A DNA stretch of 52,676 nucleotides from an uncultured Candidatus Saccharibacteria bacterium. Its GTDB lineage: Bacteria; Patescibacteriota; Minisyncoccia; Phycocordibacterales; UBA9973. A program made the translations under genes and the position numbers. The notes beneath the pieces are model-generated. The model ran no database searches. It saw only the letters and a program-made list of their open reading frames with translations, and was not told the origin of the DNA. Shown here piece after piece: positions 34,816-44,700 of this stretch (positions are counted from its first letter, which is position 1; each line of letters begins with the position of its first letter). The DNA lies in the NCBI GenBank assembly GCA_964580855.1, contig CAZOLF010000001.1:1-52676 (forward strand). Direction: 5' to 3'.

Positions 34816-35124
34816 ATGCAATTCGATAAACAAACATATGATATCTTGGCCAAAGCTTTAGGGATAGCAGATCTTCCTGAAGCAGACCGTATGGAACTCT
34901 TGGAAAGAGCAGGGGTCCTAATTTACCAAGCTGTTATAACTCGTGCGATGGAGGAGATGACAGATGAACAAGTTGATGAATTCGAAAAATTCGTTGACAC
35001 AGGAGAGCCAACCCCAGAGACAATGCTAATGTTCTTCCGTTCAAAAATCCAAAGTTTCGATATGATGATAGATGATGAAGCTCGAAAGTACATAGAGTTT
35101 ACTCAAAAGATGATGGCCGAATAG
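34816..35124 (+). CDS. Small acidic helical protein (resembles the DUF5663-type proteins common in CPR genomes)
   Basis: 102 aa, rich in Glu/Asp/Met: DILAKALGIADLPEADRMELLERAGVLIYQAVITRAMEEMTDEQVDEFEKFV. The family assignment is from memory only. Confidence 0.6.
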   Translation: MQFDKQTYDILAKALGIADLPEADRMELLERAGVLIYQAVITRAMEEMTDEQVDEFEKFVDTGEPTPETMLMFFRSKIQSFDMMIDDEARKYIEFTQKMMAE

Positions 35125-35138
35125 CCAAACAAGCCAAC

Positions 35139-35175
35139 AAAACCCCTCACATCTCAATATGTGAGGGGTTTTGTG
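35139..35175 (+). terminator. Intrinsic terminator ending the Lys/Glu-rich block
   Basis: aaaacccctcacat (35139-35152) pairs with atgtgaggggtttt (35159-35172). Confidence 0.8.
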
Positions 35176-35188
35176 TTAGAATAAGTCG

Positions 35189-37111
35189 ATGCAAGAAACA
35201 TATCTGAAAGATTTAAACGAAAAACAACAAGAAGCTGTCTTGTATACAGACGGCCCACTTTTGATCGTGGCGGGAGCAGGGGCAGGGAAAACAAAAACTC
35301 TAACCTATAGAATTCTTCATTTGATCCGGACTGGAGTTGACCCACGAGAAATTCTGGCGGTTACCTTTACCAACAAAGCCTCGAAAGAAATGCGTGATCG
35401 CGTTGTCTCTTTATTGTCAGATAGGAAATACGATGCGACTCCCTTCGTCAGTACCTTTCATGCTCTCGGAGTATATATAATTCGTGAAAATTCACACCTT
35501 CTAGGATTGAACAAAAATTTCACAATTGCCGATGATAGCGATACAACAGGCTATATAAAAGAGGCTTTGAAAGAGCTTGATCTCGACCCGAAACAATTTG
35601 AACCAAGAAAAATCAAAAGTGTAATTTCCAAATCAAAAGGCGACTTCATAAGCCATGAACAGTTTGTGGAAAATATTCGTGGAGGTTTCCAAGAAGTTGT
35701 CGCAAAGGTTTGGGACAAATACGACGCAAGTTTGAAAAAAGAAGGCGCGCTTGATTTCGATGATTTGCTCATAAAATCAGTAAAAGTTTTAAAAGAAAAT
35801 TTAGAAGTCCGCAACAATTATCACAAAAGATTTAAATATGTGATGATCGATGAATATCAAGATACAAACGAGGTACAATACGAACTCGTAAAGTTGCTCG
35901 TCGGTGAAAATAAAAATATTTGTGTTGTTGGTGACACCGACCAAAATATTTATTCTTGGCGCGGAGCAAACATAAAGAATATGCTACATTTCGAAAAGGA
36001 TTATCCGAGTGCAAAGATTATCATGCTCGAGCAAAACTACCGATCAACCAAAACAATCCTAGAAGCAGCGAATGAAGTTATCAAAAAGAATGTTTATCGT
36101 GTGCCCAAAAATCTTTTTACAGAAAAAGAAATTGGTGAGTCGATAACACTCTTCGAAGCCTTCGACGAAGGAAGTGAGGCCCAGTTCGTGGCTAAAACAG
36201 TCTATGATTTATTAGAGCGTGGAGTGGCCGAACCAACAGAAATTGCAGTACTTTACCGTGCCAACTTCCAATCGCGAATCTTGGAAGAAGCATTTTTAGG
36301 ACGACAAATCCCATATCAAGTCTTGGGGGTAAAATTTTTTGAACGAAAGGAAATCAAAGATGTGCTGGCTTATATTCGTGCAAGTTTGAACCCTGAAAAC
36401 CTTTCCGATATTAAAAGAATCATCAATGTGCCAGTACGAGGAATCGGCAAGGTAACGATTGCGAAAATTTTTGCCAACCAAACTAATTCTTTGCCTGCAA
36501 ATACTCAAATTAAAGTTAACAACTTTTACTTACTACTAGAAGAAATCAGTGAATGTATCCAGAACAATTCTGTATCAGAATCATTAAAATTTGTAATTAA
36601 GAAAAGTGGCCTTGAAGATGAATTGAAGGCGGGGAGTGCGGAAGAAATAGAAAAATTGGAAAATATAAAAGAACTCGTAACACTGTCACTCAAATACGAC
36701 ACTTTTGGCCCTGAAGGTATGAATATGTTGCTCTCGGATGCCTCTTTAGCAAGTGACCAAGATAGTCTGATGCATGAAGAGAAGAAGGGCGGAGTAAGGC
36801 TGATGACCGTTCATGCCTCAAAAGGCCTTGAGTTTAAATATGTTTTTATCACTGGACTTGAGCAGGACCTTTTCCCACATTCACGCACAAATTCCAAAGA
36901 TGCTGGGGAGAGCGAAGAGGAACGCCGATTATTTTACGTGGCACTTACTCGTGCCGAGCACAAGCTATATCTTTGCTATGCATCTTTACGAACAATTTTC
37001 GGAATGAAGCAAGTAAATACGCCGAGTGAATTCCTCAATGACATTCCGGCGCATCTTACAAGCTTCGAACAAGGCGAATCACACAATGGGGAAAAATTTG
37101 TTTATTTTTAA
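35189..37111 (+). CDS. pcrA: ATP-dependent DNA helicase, UvrD/PcrA family (short, 640 aa)
   Basis: SF1 motifs: AGAGAGKTKTL (I), DEYQDTN (II), QNYRST (IV), TVHASKGLEF (V), YVALTRA (VI). TGT-TAGAAT (35174-35182) lies 6 nt before the ATG. Confidence 0.9.
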   Translation: MQETYLKDLNEKQQEAVLYTDGPLLIVAGAGAGKTKTLTYRILHLIRTGVDPREILAVTFTNKASKEMRDRVVSLLSDRKYDATPFVSTFHALGVYIIRENSHLLGLNKNFTIADDSDTTGYIKEALKELDLDPKQFEPRKIKSVISKSKGDFISHEQFVENIRGGFQEVVAKVWDKYDASLKKEGALDFDDLLIKSVKVLKENLEVRNNYHKRFKYVMIDEYQDTNEVQYELVKLLVGENKNICVVGDTDQNIYSWRGANIKNMLHFEKDYPSAKIIMLEQNYRSTKTILEAANEVIKKNVYRVPKNLFTEKEIGESITLFEAFDEGSEAQFVAKTVYDLLERGVAEPTEIAVLYRANFQSRILEEAFLGRQIPYQVLGVKFFERKEIKDVLAYIRASLNPENLSDIKRIINVPVRGIGKVTIAKIFANQTNSLPANTQIKVNNFYLLLEEISECIQNNSVSESLKFVIKKSGLEDELKAGSAEEIEKLENIKELVTLSLKYDTFGPEGMNMLLSDASLASDQDSLMHEEKKGGVRLMTVHASKGLEFKYVFITGLEQDLFPHSRTNSKDAGESEEERRLFYVALTRAEHKLYLCYASLRTIFGMKQVNTPSEFLNDIPAHLTSFEQGESHNGEKFVYF

Positions 37112-37123
37112 TTTATAAAAAAG

Positions 37124-37912
37124 ATGATACACAAAGCCAAAAAATCCATGGGTCAAAATTTTCTCAAATCTAAGTCCGCGCTCGACGCAATGTGCAAGTC
37201 GAGTGACCTTGTGGAAAGTGATGTCGTGTTGGAGATCGGCCCAGGTAAGGGCGCGTTGACTGAATATTTATTACGGGCAGTTAATAAAGTAATCGCCGTG
37301 GAAAAAGATTATAACTTATTTGAAATTCTTTCGGAAAAATTCAAAGATGAAATTGCAAGTGGGCGCCTGATAATGATACAAGGGGATATCTTGGAATTTG
37401 ATCCGCAACAAGCAGGTTTAGGAAAATCCGGATATAAAATCATCGCTAACATTCCATACAATATAACAGGTGCAATTATAAAAAAATTTCTAACAATTGC
37501 AAATCACCCGGAGAGTATGACACTACTCGTACAGAAAGAAGTTGCCGAGAGGATTGTGGCTCGTGATGGCAAAGAGAGTATTCTGTCTATAAGTGTCAAA
37601 GCCTTCGGCACACCAAAATACATAATGAAGGTAGGGAAAAAGTTTTTTAGCCCCGCTCCCAAAGTTGATTCCGCAATTATAACAATTAAAAATGTTTCCA
37701 AAGACACTTTTAAGAAAGTTGGTGAGGAAGAAAAATTCTTTCAGATACTAAAAGCCGGATTCGCACACAAAAGAAAAGTGCTGATTAAAAATTTAGAGGA
37801 TGCTCTGCCGAAAAATAAAATTGCCGAATTTTTTGAAAAAGAAAAATTAAATCCTAAAGCAAGAGCTGAAGATATAAAGCTCGGAACTTGGCTCGAACTT
37901 TTAAATTTTTAG
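37124..37912 (+). CDS. rsmA: 16S rRNA (adenine1518/1519-N6)-dimethyltransferase
   Basis: GQNFL, the SAM motif LEIGPGKGALTEYL and NIPYNITG are typical of KsgA/RsmA. Confidence 0.9.
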   Translation: MIHKAKKSMGQNFLKSKSALDAMCKSSDLVESDVVLEIGPGKGALTEYLLRAVNKVIAVEKDYNLFEILSEKFKDEIASGRLIMIQGDILEFDPQQAGLGKSGYKIIANIPYNITGAIIKKFLTIANHPESMTLLVQKEVAERIVARDGKESILSISVKAFGTPKYIMKVGKKFFSPAPKVDSAIITIKNVSKDTFKKVGEEEKFFQILKAGFAHKRKVLIKNLEDALPKNKIAEFFEKEKLNPKARAEDIKLGTWLELLNF

Positions 37913-38298
37913 AAAGGGGAGGAGCCAAAAGAAGAGATAGTCCCTCCGCTAACATCAAGGGTCTCCTTACAATCTGGTGGTGTAATTACACATTCTCCCC
38001 CAGAGGAGCGTCGTCCCATAATGAACCTCCCTGCACTTATCGCACGATTTTTAAAAGCTTTAGTTTCTCCGGGAACATACAAATAGTTTCCAGGAGAACG
38101 ACCACCTTTAATTATTACCTGAAATCCTCCGCTACACTCACAAGGAGTCATTTTGTCGACTTTCCCTGCGTATAATTGGCTTTTGGAATTAACAAGTTTT
38201 GCTCCAGCCTGAGAGGGACGAGACGGCAACATGAACAACCCAAATAAAGCTGTAATGAAAATAGCTGTAATGAAAATATTTTTATTAGTATGTTTCAT
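37909..38298 (-). CDS. Small secreted 4-Cys protein
   Basis: Signal peptide MKHTNKNIFITAIFITALFGLFMLPSRPSQA. Mature part contains CEC...C...C. Converges on rsmA with a 4-nt overlap. Confidence 0.55.
   Translation of the reverse strand: MKHTNKNIFITAIFITALFGLFMLPSRPSQAGAKLVNSKSQLYAGKVDKMTPCECSGGFQVIIKGGRSPGNYLYVPGETKAFKNRAISAGRFIMGRRSSGGECVITPPDCKETLDVSGGTISSFGSSPF
38248..38277 (-). repeat. Perfect 15-bp tandem duplication inside the signal peptide
   Basis: agctgtaatgaaaat occurs twice, encoding IFITA-IFITA on the minus strand. Confidence 0.9.
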
Positions 38299-38395
38299 AT
38301 AATAATCATATTATAGTAGGTACCAAAGTCAAAGTAAAGAAAACAATTACAATCTATATGTTAATTTAAACAAATGTTTGGTATAATTCCCACAT

Positions 38396-39304
38396 ATGAG
38401 CATACAAGCGTATCTACCTAGCAAATCATTTGGACTAAAAATTTTAATACTTTTAGTTGTTGTTCTTGTTGCTGGGTCACTTTATATATTCAAGCCCTTT
38501 AGTAAAGAAAATGCTCCATCCAAACTTGCCATAAAAATTAATGCGAATCCAGAAATGACCCTAGGGGATTTAATCACAACAGATAGTAACAAAAATTCTA
38601 TCCCAGATTGGGAAGAAACACTGTGGGGACTTGATCCGGAAGGTGATGGAGTAAGCAACAAAGCTATAATTGATTCCAAAAAGGCTTTGAGCGCCCCAGT
38701 TGACGAAGAAATCACAGATGGGACAGACCCAAGTGATAACTTAGCTAAAAAGCTCTTCGGAACAATCGTTTCCTTGAATCAAGTAGGGGAATTAGATAGC
38801 CAGACAATGGCATTAATATCTGCTGATGCAAGTGCTGAAGTGATAAACACAGACTTGGAAGATACATACAAGGCGGGGAACCTAAAGACAATAATCTCCA
38901 ACAAGACTAACTTGAGGAATTATCAAACTGCTGTAGGAAAAATAGTCGATAAATACGAGAATAGTAGTATTGGGGAAGAGTTAGCCATAGCTGGAGAAGG
39001 TGTTGAAAACGAAGACACGGAGACCCTGAACAAACTGGAGACGATATCACTGGATTACAAAAATTTAGCCTTAGATTTATCGCACGTAACAGTCCCAAGG
39101 GGGATTGCAGGATACCATCTAGATCTTATAAATTCTTATGACAAAATAGGGACAGCTCTTGAGCATATTATAGAATCAGTTGAAAATCCACTAGTAGGCC
39201 TAAGCGGGACCGGAATGTATAATAGATATGTACTAGAATCTGAAGAAGCTATCAATATGATAGAGGAAAATCTTATCGCAAATGGTATAATACAACAGGA
39301 ATAA
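38396..39304 (+). CDS. Hypothetical membrane-anchored protein with a degenerate Asp-rich (thrombospondin-type-3-like) motif
   Basis: N-terminal anchor LKILILLVVVLVAGSLYIF. TTDSNKNSIPDWEETLWGLDPEGDGVSN resembles D-x-D-G-x-x-DWEE Ca-binding repeats. TGG-TATAAT (38379-38387) lies 8 nt before the ATG. Confidence 0.7.
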   Translation: MSIQAYLPSKSFGLKILILLVVVLVAGSLYIFKPFSKENAPSKLAIKINANPEMTLGDLITTDSNKNSIPDWEETLWGLDPEGDGVSNKAIIDSKKALSAPVDEEITDGTDPSDNLAKKLFGTIVSLNQVGELDSQTMALISADASAEVINTDLEDTYKAGNLKTIISNKTNLRNYQTAVGKIVDKYENSSIGEELAIAGEGVENEDTETLNKLETISLDYKNLALDLSHVTVPRGIAGYHLDLINSYDKIGTALEHIIESVENPLVGLSGTGMYNRYVLESEEAINMIEENLIANGIIQQE

Positions 39305-39305
39305 A

Positions 39306-41717
39306 ATGTATACATCTTTTGTTAAAAATATCATAGTAATTTTTACAATCATTGGAATATTCATATCTCCTATTCAAATTACTTTCGCGGACACAATTGT
39401 AGACTTAACAGATAATTCAATTGATCCAAACACAGGGACAAACAATTCCGGCCAAACTCCAGGAGGGGAGACGGTAGCTAAAATCTCTGAAAAGTATGCT
39501 GGTTACGACAAATTGATTGGTTGTAAAAACGTCAGTAGCAGACTACTAGGAACACGGACCCTAGATGCATTGAACCGAATAGTTCCCTCCAATAAATCAA
39601 AAACAAATGCAAAAACATCCCAAGAAGTAACAAAAACCATTTTAAACAAAAACGGAGAGGCAATCCCTGTATACAATGAAGAACTCGCAAAAATAGCCGC
39701 CGACCAAGCTGCCACTAAAGCACTTGCTGAAAAGGAAGACGCCAGAGAAGAATGTCTAAATGGGCTATCTTACCGTATTGCAAAATTTTCTCTAGGCCAA
39801 ATCACAGACAAAACAGTCAACTATATAAATACTGGATTCAAAGGCGACTCATTTATCCTAAAAGACCAAAATTCCTACTTTTCCAGCTTGGAAAACAATG
39901 AAGCAGACCAGATCCTTGGTATTATTGGTAAATTCAAAAATAGGAAAGACTATCCTTACGGAAGGGAGTACGCGAGATCATTTTTAAATAACAGAATCAA
40001 TACATACGACTCCCGATCCCGATCTAGCATGACTTTTTTCCTTCCCAACGGAAATACAATACAAGATTATTCCAATGACTTTAGCAAGGGCGGATGGAAT
40101 GCTTGGTTTGGTTTAACACAGAACCCGCAGAACAACCCACTTGGCTTCGGGTTAATAACATCCGATGAGATAGCAAAGCGAAGCGCCAAAGCAACCCAAG
40201 AAGCTCTGAATGAACTTAACTGGGGAGATGGATTCCTCAGCCAAAAGAAATGCGTAAAACCCGAGGACTACACCGTAAGAAATAAAAAGAAAAATCCTTG
40301 CGTAAGATGGGAAACTGTAACTCCAGGAACAACAATCACTAACCAGCTCAACAAAGTTCTTGGGTCCCCTATAGACCAACTTGTAATGGCTGATGAAGTC
40401 AACGAATCGCTTTCTCAAGTTTTCGATGCGCTTATCAACCAAGCGATGGTATTTGGAGTAAGTAAAATCAAAAATAAAAAGAAGATAAACATCTCAGACA
40501 CTTTTGGAGGACCAGGAGAAAACAGGGTCTACGACAGTTTCGGGAATGATATTACAAGCACTTTCACAAGCTCGGCAAAAAGTGGATTATTTGGTGTCCC
40601 TGTCACTGGTAATTGGTATGATTCCAACTCGACATTTGATATCACAAAAGATTTAGCCAAAGTTATTAAAGACCAGACAAATTACTTAGAAGTATTGAAA
40701 GAGTCCGAAAAAGTTTTGCCAGAAATTGCCTATAGTATGCGCGAACTCGACTACTGTCTCCCTGGACCTCACCCAGGATGGGAAGCTAGCACCTATTCAA
40801 AAATCCAAGATTACATAGACTTCTTAAACGACACATCTGTTGATGCGGAAGGAAATGTGATTGTCCCTGAAGGAGCATATGAGCCAGGTTGGGTTACAAC
40901 AACGTTTGGAACACTTGGTAGTATTGGTGGCATGGTGGGCGGACCTGCAGGTTATGCACTACAAGGAATGACTATGATTCAAGGAGCAATCTCAAAAAAT
41001 AACCAAAGGAAAGACTCCGAAATGGTAGATAGAATCCAAAGGGTTGCTGATGCAGAAGAGAACCTAAACGAACACCTGCTAAGATACTCACAAATTATCA
41101 AACCAGAACTACTAGAAAGACAATTTGATGAATATCGAACTGAAATCTATAATCGTTATGGTGAAAACCTATACGAAAAAAATATTCCAGGGGCTTTAGA
41201 CATGCTAGCTCAACTCGATGGGATAGATTCCTTGGCAGAGACACTAGATGATTCATCGAGTGAGTATAGTGACACTATTAATGAAACAACATTAAACATT
41301 GCGAAGTTGAAAAGTATCCAAAGACAAGTGGCACAAATAATGTCTCAAAAATATGTAAAAGATCAAAGAGTTATCTGTGCGGCACAAGGCTTGCCAAACA
41401 ATCCAGGGAATAGTGGCTTGGTATCTAACAGCACAACTGGAACAAACTCTCCAAATTGTTCTATCACAAAACTTACATCAAAAACTCCGGTCACTAACTT
41501 TGACTCAAGTACTAAAAAAGTTTCTGCAAACACCCAAGTCATAGTTGCCTGGGAAACAGATAATTGTACAAATATATCAATCCCTGGGGTTGGTTACGGA
41601 TTGCCAAGCTCTGGGTCTAAAAATGTATACCCAAATGTAACTAATACATATAAATTAATAGCAAAAAATAGTGTCAGCTCTGATAACAAATCAATAACCG
41701 TTGAAGTAACCCCTTAA
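39306..41717 (+). CDS. Hypothetical 803-aa secreted protein
   Basis: Signal peptide MYTSFVKNIIVIFTIIGIFISPIQITFA. Starts 1 nt after the previous stop. The C-terminal ~90 aa look beta-rich and Ig-like. No family recognised. Confidence 0.8.
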   Translation: MYTSFVKNIIVIFTIIGIFISPIQITFADTIVDLTDNSIDPNTGTNNSGQTPGGETVAKISEKYAGYDKLIGCKNVSSRLLGTRTLDALNRIVPSNKSKTNAKTSQEVTKTILNKNGEAIPVYNEELAKIAADQAATKALAEKEDAREECLNGLSYRIAKFSLGQITDKTVNYINTGFKGDSFILKDQNSYFSSLENNEADQILGIIGKFKNRKDYPYGREYARSFLNNRINTYDSRSRSSMTFFLPNGNTIQDYSNDFSKGGWNAWFGLTQNPQNNPLGFGLITSDEIAKRSAKATQEALNELNWGDGFLSQKKCVKPEDYTVRNKKKNPCVRWETVTPGTTITNQLNKVLGSPIDQLVMADEVNESLSQVFDALINQAMVFGVSKIKNKKKINISDTFGGPGENRVYDSFGNDITSTFTSSAKSGLFGVPVTGNWYDSNSTFDITKDLAKVIKDQTNYLEVLKESEKVLPEIAYSMRELDYCLPGPHPGWEASTYSKIQDYIDFLNDTSVDAEGNVIVPEGAYEPGWVTTTFGTLGSIGGMVGGPAGYALQGMTMIQGAISKNNQRKDSEMVDRIQRVADAEENLNEHLLRYSQIIKPELLERQFDEYRTEIYNRYGENLYEKNIPGALDMLAQLDGIDSLAETLDDSSSEYSDTINETTLNIAKLKSIQRQVAQIMSQKYVKDQRVICAAQGLPNNPGNSGLVSNSTTGTNSPNCSITKLTSKTPVTNFDSSTKKVSANTQVIVAWETDNCTNISIPGVGYGLPSSGSKNVYPNVTNTYKLIAKNSVSSDNKSITVEVTP

Positions 41718-41725
41718 ATAATTTT

Positions 41726-44700
41726 ATGGAAAACAAACCCGAACAAACAAATCGATTTAAAGCTCTTTTAAAAAATAAGGCTTTTATAATTACTTTCATA
41801 GTATTCTTAATCCTTTTGATTGTGGGATATTTTGTAATTAAGAAACAACTTCTAACTCCGAGCGATAGTAACACCGAGGTAAAAAAGTTCACACCATTAT
41901 TTGGAACATCTAAAGAAAAAAATTTAACTTACCAAGGATTTTTAGATTGGGTCAGCAATGGGGGGAGTGACGGAGGAGATGACCTGAGAAATACCGTAAG
42001 AAATATACTAAACGGGGGAAGTACCGGATCCGATACTGGCGGAGATTCTAGTGGGGCAACGAACGGGAGTGGTAGTGGGGGAAGTGGAAGTGGTGGAGGT
42101 AGCGGAAATGAAAGTCTAAATGTTGGAATACTGGATGCTAACTCAATAAATCTTAGTGGGTCGGGGGTAACAGCTGGAGCAGATGGCTCAAATAGTGTAA
42201 CAATTAGTGGGTCGGGGGTAACAGCTGGAGCAGATGGCTCAAATAGTGTAACAATAACCAATGCTGATGGATCAAGCTCGGTAACAATAACAGGTCCTGG
42301 TGTGACAATTGATCCGACTAAAGCAAATACTGTAAAGATCACCGGCCCAGGTATTACAGTTACAAACAACGGAACAAATGGAGTCACACTCACAGGAAAT
42401 GGCATCAACACAGGACGATTAATAGGAACGGGTACAGGTACTGGAACAGGGGGAAGTACCTCGGGGAACAACACCGGAACTATTGGATCTGGATTAGGTG
42501 TAAATAATTGGGGCCCTAATAGTTATACAAAAACTCAATTCCAATGTAGTGATGGAATCGACAACGACAAAGATAATTTTATTGATGACAGAGATCCAGG
42601 ATGTCATAGCGATTTGAATCCAAACAATCGTAATTCTTTCACGCCAAATGCAAACAATGAGTATGATGTAGGGAGCGGAGGGGACCCATCTTCAGGACTT
42701 TATACTAAAACAAAAAACCAGTGTAGCGACTTCTTGGATAATGACAAAGACGGAAGTATTGATATCCAAGATCCAGGATGTCACAGTGATTACAATGCAC
42801 TTAATCCAAAATCTTTTACTCCCAATTTAAATATTGAAGATAAAGACAACGGTCAAGCTTTCCTTGGATGTATTACATCAAAGGGTGGTTATACAATTTC
42901 TGGAACTTTTGCTGGAGGGGTTGGAACAGGAACATATGAAGGCGGAACTACACTAGGAGGATCCTATACAAATGCCCAAACTGCTGGGGGAACTTATACC
43001 AAAGGAACAACAATTGGAGGAACATATATTCCGTCAACAACCACAAGTGTCAGCGGAACATGGGTTGGAAAACCAATTGCTCCACCACTTGCGCCAGGGG
43101 ACAGTAGTGGAACTTGGTTTGGGAATTGGCTGAATGGAATCGGTAATGGAACATGGGCAACTACAATGGTAGGATCCGGATCTGTCGCCCAGAATAATAA
43201 TGGAACATGGAATGGTGTTGGTGGAGGAGGTAGTACAACAGGAGGAGGAACAACAGGAATTCTAACCGGCGGGACAACTGGAACAACTACAGGAACAACT
43301 ACAGGAGGAACAACTGGCGGAACAGGATTGTTAACTGGAGGCACAACAGGAGGAGGGACAACTGGAGTTATAACAACAGGAGGAACTGGAACAACAACAG
43401 GGTTAACAACAGGTGGAACTACAGGATTAGTGACTGGGACTGGAGGCACAACAGGAAGTGGGACAGGAGCTCTTAGTCAAGGAACATGGGTTGGCAATGA
43501 TAAAGTTAGAACTTTTGTCGGCACAACAGGAAGTGGCACATGGACTACTCCACCAATAACAACCAAAGATTCATACAAAGGGGGGATCACAACTGGAGGA
43601 ATTTTCACTGGAGATGCAAATACAACATACACATCAGGTAAATTTACTCCAAATGCAAAAACTTACTACACAGATGGAAGATACATAAACGATACAATGA
43701 CTGGTGGAACTGTTGTAAACGCAACATACATCAGTCCAACTGGTAAAAAATATTCAGGAGGAACAGTTACAGGCGGAAAGTATACAGGAGGAGTTGTCCT
43801 TGGGGGAAATTATGAAGGTGGCACTCCTGTCGGTGGAACTTATGTAGGAGGCAACCCATCAGGCGGAATATACACTGGGGGAATTGCTACTGGTGGTACA
43901 TATCTAAATAATAAATTTTATACAAACGGAATTGTCACAGGAGGAATTTATAGCTCTGGGACAATCACACAAGGGAGATATTTGGGTGGGACAATTACAA
44001 AGGGTACTTACACAGGCCCACTACCTATAGGAGGAACTTATAGTGGGGGGACATATGTTGGTCCTGGATGTATCGCTCCGGTAAAACCACAGTGTGTGGA
44101 CGGAATAGACAATGACAAGGACGGACTCGTGGACAAAGATGACGCAAGTTGTCACTCAGATTTTGATTCTGCCAACGACTTTAGCTACAAAGAATATATT
44201 GATTCAGAAGATAGAATCAAAGACAAGCCAAACCCAAAACCAATTATTACCAAAACTTACCAATGTGGTGATGGAATCGACAACGACAAAGATACATTCA
44301 AAGACATCGATGATGCAGGATGTCACACAGACCTAACACTTGACCCTACAACTTTTGATCCAAAGATTGGGGACGAAAGTAGAGACTCGACAACTGACAC
44401 TAGTGGACTTTCGTACCAGTGTAGTGATGGGGTTGATAATGACAAAGATAAACTTGTTGATGAAAAAGACCCAGGGTGTCATATTGATTTCGATGCAACA
44501 AATCCTTCAACATATGTAACAACAATCCGAGAAGAGGTCCGTGATTACGTAGACCCAGAACCAAAAGATACAGACCCGAGTGACCCAAGTATCTGTGAAG
44601 AAAAAATTGTGCTAAATGCTGAAGACAGAGCAAAGATGGATCAACTACTTCGCGAATTTTATAGACTTGCTCCAACCCTTGCTACCACAGAGGATGTAGC

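Noticed and set aside
41929-43449. Minus-strand Pro-rich ORFs 41929..42474 and 42994..43449
   Set aside because: They are antisense shadows of the GGN-rich (Gly/Thr) coding repeats of the + strand giant gene. They have no promoter or start context.
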